Shown here: in pieces, positions 34,133 through 45,400 of the stretch
Position numbering within the stretch: position 1 is the stretch's first letter
Layout of the letters: the number at the start of each line of letters is the position of its first letter
Assembly (NCBI RefSeq): GCF_002113885.1
Contig: NW_018406461.1
Location: 19,799 to 83,798, forward strand
Direction of reading: 5' to 3'
Origin: Mizuhopecten yessoensis
Lineage: Eukaryota
DNA: 64,000 nucleotides
Made by a program: the position numbers and the translations under genes
The notes under the pieces: generated by a model
Database searches by the model: none
Told to the model about the DNA's origin: nothing
Seen by the model: the letters and a program-made list of their open reading frames with translations, nothing else

Positions 34133-36630
34133 ATTTTTTTAATTTACTGAATTCAAATACTTATTATTTACCGCCAAATAGCATTTCTCTTCTAGATAAC
34201 TATCAATAAATATAATTGAACTCTGCCATCATTATATGACGATCTGTTTTGTCTTTATATGATGCTGTATTTCTATTCTATATACATTGATCATCATTGG
34301 ATGCAATTCCGGCATTATATCACGTGCATATATTTGTATATGATGTAAATTTACAACAAATTCCGCAGGACATAATGTCTCTGAATAGCTATTTTATCGC
34401 GCTTAAAATGGATTATCGCGCCATTCTTAATTTTTGTGGGGACAAAAGAGGGAGGAATACAAGATATAAACACCTGCATTTGGTATGATGTTGATCTGTT
34501 TCTTTAAAAGTCGCCTACGGACTTAAAAATTCAGAGTGCTTTTCATGAATGTGCATCTCAATCTTTGTTGCAGTGTTCATGAACGTGGTGACCGGAAGTT
34601 GAAGCCGTGCGCTAAATGTTTTACCATTGCGGATTCGTCCCGGGTCTGATCAATAGAGACCTTCTAGACACATTCATAAGCTTGTTGTTAGTTTCAGATA
34701 TCCTGGAAAGATGCGTGATCACAAAAGAATTAAGTATTCAGTGTTATCTACAAGAGAGGAGTTTATATACGCTTTCATATCGCCATACTAACCTGAATTC
34801 TAATTATATTTGTACAATATGTATAGGATCTTACATGAGTTTTCAATTCAATTCGTATGAGAATTATGAAATAATATAGCTGGCTTATTTTCGATGTGTT
34901 TTATATATGTAAATAACAGAGTTAACTTGACCAGCTATTTTCCCCCAAGGGGGACTATGGATAAGAAACTACGAAAGCAAATGCTTGAACCAAGATTGTG
35001 GGTTAAGCATCCGTGTCCCACTTCTGTTCAGTTTTGTATTCTCTCATAAAAGTCCTGCAAAGTATGTGTTTCTTTTCAGAATTGATTTATCAAAGTTGAA
35101 GTCATACCGGGAGAAGGTTTTCCAACACTTTCTCGTAGATATCTTACTAGTTTTTAAGACTTGTCAAGTATAATTAAGGTATTATGTTGACCCATTCACG
35201 TGAAGTTGTCCAACTACGCTAAATGTAGTGACGTTTTGAAGCTCCACGACCAAATCGGTGCACAACTATTCGCGAACTGTACTAGCTTACATTTATGATA
35301 GGTTCTGTCTTTTCAATAAAATCCAAAAATTATCATCTCCAACGATTTAATGTATTTTCGCTCTTCAGTAGTTAATTACCTATCTCGTATATTATAGTCT
35401 TATCGTGTTATTGTAATGCGTGATGTATACATTTGTATAAAACTTCTAAAACCCCTTTTATGGCTTCATCGTATGTGTACTCAATCGTCATGTAACATTA
35501 AATTAATCAGAATTAGAGATTTATGCAAAAAACGTTAACCTAATACTTGCTATTTAATCAACTTTGATCAAGATACAACAAGATGGTAGACACTGCTGGT
35601 GGATTTCCTAGTCCACATGTACCCGAGGATTGCAGTAACCTTTATAAAAAAAAGTGAAAATTACAAAAAAAATACATTTCAATATAACATGTATGTGTCT
35701 TACTTTCATCTTTGAACAAAATATAAAACTTACCAAGAATTGTTTCATTTTTTTAGAGAGAAAACTACAAACATTGCACCGATAAAAATTATAACTAGAG
35801 GGACAAACACTTAGATACAGAGAGCGACAAAGTTACCAAACAGAGACGGATAGAAAACCCCAGGAGAAAACGACAGAAAAGGGATGCTTAAGAGATGTAT
35901 AAAAAATAGTGAAAGTAAAGATGAAAGATGAGAAATTACCGTCCATGTCAATTTTCGCATAGCAGTTTAACATACTATACATATATAAGCCCCGTTAGTT
36001 TTGATGACTTCCGCAATTACCATATTAGACGTACGCATCAACAGTATCAAGATCCATGCCTGCATTAAGGTCATATGTCCCTCATTATTCCGCGGTCGTT
36101 ATCATCTTTTCAACTTCCAGGCAGACGTCAGTGAAGCCTTTTGTCATCTTACCCGACGTTGGTAGTGCTAGTTGATTGTGCTATTGACAAAATATCAGTA
36201 ATGGCCGGATTTAAAATGATTACATTCTGCAGATTAATTACTGGGGTTTTATGTGACAGCGTATGCTATTTATGAATAATTAATCTCTGGTTTTGTGTCC
36301 ATTAATGATAAGAACCTAAGCAACGTTAATCCTTAAGGATTTTAAAAGAGTTTGGAACATGATTTTAAGAGAGTTTGGAACATAATCAGAGCTTTGAATG
36401 GGTCCCACTTTGAACACGTTCGTATCGCGGTGCTGAACTGGAATAATGAATAGCATTTTATAGTCTACTGGACTATGTGTTCTCTCTTGTTTTTGCTTAT
36501 CTGTACTTAAAATGACATTTTAACATGGCATGAATCTTCCTCTGAAATCAATAGGTTTCCTCTCCTAACAGTTAATCTTACAATTCATTCTTGGAAACAA
36601 CAACATGAACCGTCTTACTACACAAATAGA

Positions 36631-36671
36631 CAACAGGCGTCGATGGGCCGTTGAACATAAACAAACAAAAA
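36631..36671 (+). mobile_element. 41-bp extreme 3' fragment of the Nimb/I LINE
   Basis: CGTCGATGGGCCGTTGAACATAAACAAAC flanked by 12-bp TSD TACACAAATAGA (36619-36630, 36672-36683). Confidence 0.8.
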
Positions 36672-37342
36672 TACACAAATAGAAAAGCGATATACAGCAA
36701 GAAGAGGTCACAAAAGGGGAGATAAGTCACAAATCACAGGGCGGAGTTATTTTCATGGTTAGATATTGATCTCTATTTTTTTAATTTCGGTATCAAAATT
36801 TAAAATGTATTTTGTTGTCTGACGATTAGGATTGTCTGCTCCGATTGGGCTGCATTTTTATCTGGTAACTAGAAGTTTATCTTTGTGTACAACCATTGAC
36901 CAGTTGCGGCAGTCTTCCTGTACAGAGGTAGCGACATTGTTGAAGTATGTTTCATGTAAAGAAAAAGTAAGAGAAGTGGTATGATTGTCAACACTGAATA
37001 ACACTTAAAACACAAAATCTACGTATGTGAAAGTTATGAGGGGGCAAAGTACAGAGACTTCAGTAATTCGCTGGCGTTCGTCAAAGAACAATAGTTGTTC
37101 CACTTAACATGAGCAAAACATAATAAGGCAATACATGCTCGTGTTGTTGGCTCATCAGCCGAAAATTGTTTTAATGACCTAATCATTTGGATAGCAGAGA
37201 AAACAAATAAAAATAAATAAACAGTTTTGGATAACAGTAAAGAAAGAAAAGAAAACGACATATAGCTTTACTTGTGCATTATTACTTCCATAACCTTCAA
37301 ATAGTTCCGACAAGAAAATAAGCTGACGAACCCTACTAGTAC

Positions 37343-37692
37343 ATAATAATAATAGTGATATAAGAGGTTCTTATATACCGCTTTATCACAACCTAGTTCG
37401 TAGGTCGTCTCAAAGCGGTTCACAGATTTTTATCCGTGGTTATAGGGCCTTTGCAACCAGCCAATATCTTTCTCAACTCCCTAGGGAGCATACAGCCGGT
37501 GCTGTCATTGCGGCGCACACAGCTAGCATTCAACAATTCTAGCACTGCCCAACCACGTACTCATTTACAGCTGAGTAAACTTGAACAAGCGGAGTGAAGT
37601 ATCTTGCTCAAAGAAACAACACAGTGCCGTGACGAGAGTCGAACCCGCAACCCTTTGGTCACGAGCCCGGCGTCCTACCACTTCCGTGTCTT
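37343..37692 (-). mobile_element. Third copy of the CORE-like SINE
   Basis: Colinear with 29760-30110; head slightly damaged. Confidence 0.8.
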
Positions 37693-38689
37693 CAACGCTA
37701 ACCATGCATCAATGTTTAAACTTGAAATATTTATTATAAATCATGAATTTCAAAACTTTTTAAAATATGTAATTGTATTAAATCTTGCGTTATACCTTTA
37801 TCTCTCCTAGCCGCTATCTTTGGACCATTTCGATGACAACATGCTTGTTATGTTTAGACGTTTATGTATGGTTAGCGGTGTAGCGTTCTTCTGATTATCT
37901 GCATGTACTTGAAACACTCGAGTGAAACGGGTTCAGTTTATTATGGCAGTATTGCAAGAGCACAATGGGGAGGGATAATTGCGTTCCTAACGTATGTAAA
38001 AATAAGTCAAGTTAAGTCAAGGAAACAGAATATATAATTAAAAAGCAGTTAAGTCGGCTCATACAAACAACAGAACAACGTAAAATATAGCCTCAATGAT
38101 CCACTTTGAACGAAATTAATTCTCAATTGATAGCATATGAGTTCGGGAATCATTTTTGTTTGCATTTGGACCATTGTTGCCTCAATTAAAGACATCCAGC
38201 AACTGCCAGTTATACTGTGTTGAAATTAACGTAAAATAAGAAAATCAAAATTGATTATTAATGCAGTCTCTTAGATAAAAATGTAGCTGAAAAGCATTAC
38301 ATATCAGCAGGAATATTTTATTTACAAAAATCGAATCTAAGCAGAAATGTTTCATCAAACGAAAAACAACAAATCTCAGTGCAATGTATTTGATGGCAAA
38401 AAATTGCATCTTAGTAGAAATCCTTTTGGACGGAATTTAATATTATCAGCCGTATACTGTTAACTAAAATTTTGCACCATTGTAGCCATGTTTAACGATA
38501 AAGCTGCTGGTTATCAGTACAGCTTCGATCTGAATTTAGACACACACATACACACTATAGAAAAGATACAAACCATGATATATCACACAGCCAAATCAAA
38601 AAAAACTTATTCTAATGGTGTGATGACTGAGCTCTCCATTTAAAATGTTTAAACTACAATACAGTATACAGCTTTTTGTTGTTACATGT

Positions 38690-39065
38690 ACGTTATAACA
38701 TTGCTATGCTAGAGCTCGCCTCTTTGCGATGCTAAAGTTGATTAAAACACAGCAATACTGGGTTTGTCTCTTTCGCGTTTCAATATCCCACAGCTATGCC
38801 TAGTCATGCTGGCGTCTCATTGTGACATAGCGTTGCCGAGTCTGTCATTTTGGCGTTTCGTTATAACATGGCGATGCCAGGTTTGTCTCTTTCGCGTTTC
38901 AACCTTCCACAGCTATGCCGAGTCTGTCATTATGGCGTTTCATTGTGACACAACAATGCTGGAGTTTGTTTTCCCTGACGTTACATTATCACACAAATAT
39001 TCTTGAGTCTGTCTTTCTGACGTTTCATTATTAAACGGCGATGCTTGAGCTGATCTCTATGGCGT
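38690..39065. repeat. Degenerate 41-bp tandem repeat
   Basis: Units start at 38818, 38859, 38900, 38941 (CATTGTGACA..GGCGTTT). Confidence 0.7.
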
Positions 39066-39434
39066 TACCGTCAGACACTTCAACTGTGAGGAGGAAAGTT
39101 ACAGATTGTATACATAACGAATAAATGGATAATACTCAATTAAATGAACACGAAAAGAGGCAGTCTGTTGCAAGGAAGGTAGATTAACCCTAAACAAACA
39201 ATTCCCTTGGAATAAAAAATGGTTCTGATAATTGCTTAATGCTTTGGTAAAATCAGTTCACTTAGATCTAAACATTTTTTAATGAGCTACCGAATAATGG
39301 GTTCTAACATTTTTGTTGATCAATTGATTGATCAAATGATCATTGCGACTATTAACACGAAAATAGCACAAAAGGTCACACGGAGTGACTCTAGAGATGG
39401 CTCATAGATTCGGAGTTTTCAACTATTTGGAGTC

Positions 39435-42400
39435 CTATGCTGAGTTGTCTGCCGTACTTCTGTTTCTTTCCGCTAGGCTGCGCTTCATTTTGCGAAGCAG
39501 ACTAAAAATGTATGTAGGGACACACTTACGTCCCTGTTCCTCGTCGTCAATACCGACGACCTTGGCCAGCGCCAGCACCAGGAAGCTGATGAATGTGGAG
39601 CCCCCGGGCATTGATAGCATGATACTCCTATAGAACAGCTTACAGTCGTCCGAATGCGCATCCAGCCTACAGTACAGGATCTTATACTAGATTATATAAT
39701 ATACGACTCGAGAAGCTTTCACTTTTCGTTAGCGAGATAAATGAAATCTTGAATGCAAATTGCTTCAATCTTGTAGAGAATGGAAAATTAATCGTGACAT
39801 AATTTTAAATATTTTTTATTATATTAAGAAACAAAAATACTACTTTTTTAACATTTATGATGGTGTGTGATACAGTCCCATGACATGTTAAACATAATCC
39901 CCCAATGCGGGGTAACATTGCAAACCTTATATGTCCTTTCAAATCACCAACGGAACGTATATTTTATCTTATGTGGTGGTTTATTTTGGCTCCAGATGTA
40001 CAAATAGTGGAATTGTCTTTCTGCGGGAATACGATCATGCTTCCTAGGTTTATATATTTTTGTATTTTTTTCAATTTCATAAGCAATATTGAAGTGTGAT
40101 TTGTTTTTATGACGTCACAGATACAACAAATGGATATTACACATGGTAAAGATCACTCATTTCTTTTACAAAGGATCTTAACTGAGTTTCATTTCTATGT
40201 GAAATGAAACGAATTATGAAGTTTTATTTTGCTATTTTTTTTTCCCATTAGTTTCTAAGAAAACTATGCTTATAAGAACTTTGATATTGCCGAGATTTTC
40301 CTTTAAACTCATTTTTATTTTTGGTTTTTAGAAATTAGAGAGTGAAAAGTATTAGCAAGATGAGTGTTTAAAACAGTGGGGTGTCCATTGCCGTATTTGT
40401 AGCTGTTATAACAATTCGGATTCCGTCATTCGAATGAAAAGTGGCCAGATTATAAACGTCCAGTAATTATGTATATGAATAAGCAGGTTTTCCGGATTAA
40501 GATCTCGCTGAAGAACTACGTACCTGCACGGACTGAGGACCTGTAACAAAAGGACAGCAACTGCCTGGATAATCTTCTCGTTAACACCGAACACGGCTGC
40601 CCCAGAGTCCTGAAATTTACATAACGTGTCTGATTGGATGATGTTAATCACATGACAGGGAAATACAAAATATTGTCTCCTTACGCGCTCGAATTTCCGC
40701 AGTCAGATTTTCCTTATTTTGAACCTCTCTAGACAATATGTTGTACAAAGAGATCTAAAACCGAGTTCCGAACGACTGAAGCAGACGACAACAATGGCGC
40801 GTCAACCTGATCATCTTACTATAAACACAGGCACATTTGCAGGAACAACACACATGTCAAAATGTTGAATTTTGTCTATTTAGTCCGATATGTTATTACT
40901 AGAATTAAAGAAAGTCCCTCTGTGTTTGAGTAGGCGTGAGTTCGAAGAACGTTCAGAAACATTTTTTGTCGGATGAAGCAAATTTACTACATATAAATTA
41001 ACGATGTATGATTATTTGGCAATGATCGTTGATTTCACAAATTTACCATAAATTTAATTTTGTTTTTTGTTTTTGTTAACATCTTTCAGACTTTTAGATA
41101 TTCATATACACTAAACGCTGTTTGTTCCTTGCGTTTAATTGAAAGAAAAATAATGATTGAGATCTTGAGATAAACATTATAACAAAGATAATGATAACAA
41201 GGTTTAAAGATAAGCACAGACTTACGACAGGAGATCCGGTCAGATCGGTCATCATGGACACAGATCGGACCTGTAGTGTGGACAGTCCGACTCCCAGCAG
41301 ACAGGCAGTGGCGTACACCTGACTACTTGTCTCGACAGGTATAAAGAATAGCCAGACGGACGCTCCCAAAACACAGCCTTCTCCTATAGCAAATGTTCGC
41401 TGAAAGACATGGATCTTATTAAGTTTGTACAACTTCAGTATTTAATACATGTGCTAAGAACCTGTTCCATACATTCGTGATATATTAGATGTGATCGCAT
41501 GACCTTTTTCACACTACGATCCCTATCAACCCGATACCTCCATATCAGCCCTAGGGGCTGAAGGCCTGAGGGTCTATATGGGTCGAGGGCTGATACGGAA
41601 TAGGATGAAGAATTGGTCATGTGATAACCTGTTTATAACACATGTATAATAAACACTTGAAATAGTTTAATCAACATATAAATCATCAATAAATATAGTA
41701 GAATATGAGCATATTAAAACCTGGAATATAAGTTTGCTGTGTGTTTTAAGTAGTATTGCAAATACTGTTGGTGTTGTATAGCAGTATATGATAAAACGGT
41801 TATAATACACTTCTAAATAGTACATTATTAGGGTAGATATGAGGGGATTTGATAAAAACAACTTGTGCATTGCAGATATGTCACAGTTATCACAGTGATA
41901 CAGTAGCATTTGTTTAAACTATCATCATTTTTATCTGTATTGTATTGATTGTACAACTTTATATAAAGCAAATTTGAAAAGGTATAGTTATTTCACGCCT
42001 TTTCTAGAAGCAGTCATAACCTCCTCAACATATCGGAACTCATCGGTTCTTATCCACTAATGAAACCGATGATTTTGAACAAGAATGGGTTACGAATACT
42101 TTAGCGTGGCGTCATTATTCCGCCATAGACGTCGTCTTGTCCGGCAAAGCTGTTCGATTTAAGTTTTTCGGGAGACAATTTAAACGACAAGGTGCAATAT
42201 GGTACATTGTCAGTTAGCAGCACCTTGGGTCATATATCTTTTATTACTATATCATGTAATCAGCAATCTTATTTTGCGCTTACATTTTGAAAAATTAACG
42301 ATAAAGCTGCTGGTTATCAGTACAGCTTCGATCTGAATTTAGACACACATATACACTATAGAAAAGATACAAACCATGATATATCACACAGCCAAATAAA

Positions 42401-45400
42401 AAAAAATCTTATTCTGATGGTGTGATGACTGAGCTCTCCATTTAAAATGTTTAAACTACAATACATTATACAGCTTTTTGTTGTTACATGTACGTTATAA
42501 CATTGCTATGCTAGAGCTCGCCTCTTTGCGATGCTAAAGTTGATTATAACACAGCAATACCGGGTTTGTCTCTTTCGCGTTTCAATATCCCACAGCTATG
42601 CCTAGTCATGCTGGCGTTTCATTGTGACATAGCGTTGCTGGGTCGGTCATTTTGGCGTTTCGTTATAACATGGCGATGCCAGGTTTGTCTCCTCCACGTT
42701 TGCCTTGTTCAGTGTGTTAGGTTGAGCAAATATATATAAACAAACGCATCTTCCAGTGTTAAAGACAATTTTCTATTGCTTCCTCAAGCATGCAATAAGC
42801 CATCGAATCTGACAACTACACCGGGGACAAGTTGGGACACCGACCCCAGGGCTACTTTAGCCATGTGGTTAAAAACAATAGCGTTGCTTGAAATTCAGGT
42901 AAACAGTAAAATAATTTCATTTCAGCATTTTTTCACAAAGGATTGTTGGCATTCCGTGACGACTCAGGAACTGTTGTAAATAGTGCAAGCAAATAAAATG
43001 AAAATAATGGAATAATTCTTTCACAAAATCCTAAGAAACAGAAATAAAATTAAGCGTCCATAAAAACCCATGCAATGTTGATTTATGATATTGTAAACGT
43101 AATATTTTACGTCCCCATACCATGCCCATTTTTACCAATCCCAATAATGTATATTAAAAAGGTCCTGTATTCCCAAGCTAAGGTATAAACTGGTTATCTA
43201 AGAGTCCTTTTAAATTATGACCGAAGGACCCCCTGCCCTAGTTATCCCTCTCGGATGGCTCAACTTACCGCGTTTTGTGGTTCAACCTTACACGTGCCCT
43301 AACAGAACGTTAGGAAATAGTTTTAACGTACTAATTTTGAGATAAACGTAGATGATTTTTCATGCAATGAAAACGATTTTTTTGTTCTGTTATGATATGT
43401 ATAAAAAGGCAAGGACTTGTAAAACATGGCTCAAGTCACCAAGGTGCCCCTTATTTCAACCAAGATTTCGCCATTTGTACCATTATTCAACTAAATTTCA
43501 CAGTTCACCGTTTATAACAAAAAGTGTTTGAAAGTGTATCCTATGTAAACATGTAACGGTTGGCTGCTAAGCACAGAAAATCAGGGAAAACAAACAAACA
43601 ACTCTACTATCTTTAATTGGGCTGCAGGTAACACGGCAGTTAGACCTTATGTGTTCGTTCATCTGGTTCGACTCCCCAGAATCAGACAGTTACCATGCAG
43701 CAAGGTCATGGAGTCCACTGAATATCACATCAGTCCGGGCGACTAATAACTATCTTACACTTAAGATCTATAGGATAGCGCACTTGCCTTTCACCAATGC
43801 GGCCGGGGTTCGATTCCCTGATCGGACGTGAAAAGGTATGGGGTCACCTACCCGAGCACGTGGGTTTTCTCCGGGTACTCCGGTTACCTCCCACATTCAG
43901 ACCCTCCGCACGCTAACATCCGGGCCAACAAGAGTGTTTAATATAAGTTGAAATAACTTGTTTCATAATTGTTGGAAATTAAATTTATACTGATATGTAC
44001 GTTACCTTTCGGCCGTATTTGGCGTTGATTTTCCTTGTCACCAAGGTGGCTATGAATCCAGATATGTACACGACAAGAGGTATTATGGCCGTAGATATCT
44101 ACAACAGGTAAACCCAGTTCACGTCATTGTGGATATGAAGATTGAATTAAACCTTATCAATTACGTACTTTACCAGTAATAACCGCTCCCTCGCCAAGTA
44201 AACAACACTCCCCAATGCACCATAACTTATACATTAATACTTTAAGTCAATGTCATTGATATGGTTCATGAGATCTGAACACACAACTCCGTCTCGATAT
44301 TGTTGGGTTGCAATTGCAATCGATGTTGTAACAAAAACCTACAAAAAAATGGTCAATGTAACACATTTAATTTGAAAATAATAACTTAAGAGGACAGAAT
44401 AAAGGAACAGTACAATAACATTAGTTTTGTTGTTCAAATATTGAAAAAACAAAATTGACTCTTTCCGGTAACTGTATCTTATTGCTATTATTACGTTAAA
44501 GGTCATCGTTCACAGTGCTCCAAAGGCCAAGCATTTGCATTGTGATTTGCCGTGACAATGATCTTGACTCTGGTATTTGACCTTGACCTTTACCTTGCCC
44601 ATGGCCAGAGATTCAGTGAGGTAGAGCGGCATGTAGACCTGGGCTATGAGGAATGCCAGCTTTGAGCAGGCGTGGATGACGACACTCTGGAACACAAAAT
44701 TACCACAAACCGTTTTCATGCTTAAGCATGGATTCTGTGCTCAAACCACTTTTTTGTAACTCACTTAAGTCATGTTAAACAATCAAAAAGTCAATTGTAA
44801 ACATTGAAAATAATGTTCGGCTTTAAATATCTTATTTTTTCCCCAAATCATTGACAAAATAAGATTTGTTTAATGATATAGAAAATATAGAAAAAAAAAT
44901 TATGCTTGAGCATGAGAACGGTATCATTAATACGGGCTCATGACCTGGCTGTTCAGAGAATGGTAAGCTTAATAAGAGATGGTGACTTTGAATTTTCTAC
45001 ATGTAGTTATGATTTTGAATTTCGATATTCTCCATAGAATACTAAATGCAACAAATTGGTAAAAGTGTCGGTAAGTAAATAATGCCTAGACCAACTGAGA
45101 TCAGGAGCTCCAAATTTGATTAATATTTAATGTCGACAAATCACAAACTCATTTACAAAAGAAACTGAATCTGATATTTCATACTACTTAATTTGTTTCT
45201 CAAAAGTGTTATCATAACTTTGATAAAGATCAGTAAACTGAACCGTCTGGAAGTTTGTTTAAAAATTCATTAGAATATCCGAAATATCAAACAGTTAAAT
45301 ATGTTTTTAATTTTTCAGGTAAAACTTCTGTGGCTTCCTTCCGACTTCATCAAACATGTTTACCTTAAAAAACTTTGGTTTCTTACACATTCCTTTGAAC

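Larger units (their letters stand above)
23327..35420 (+). repeat. Duplicated block, copy 2
   Basis: Matches 10-14558; lacks ~8341-11540, ~12179-12603 and 13444-13810; has extra insertions at 26939, ~28866 and 33505. Confidence 0.92.

Noticed and set aside
39501-39529. GTAAGT..TTTTTAG as a micro-intron
   Set aside because: About 29 nt, too short for ordinary spliceosomal removal, and it would shift the frame
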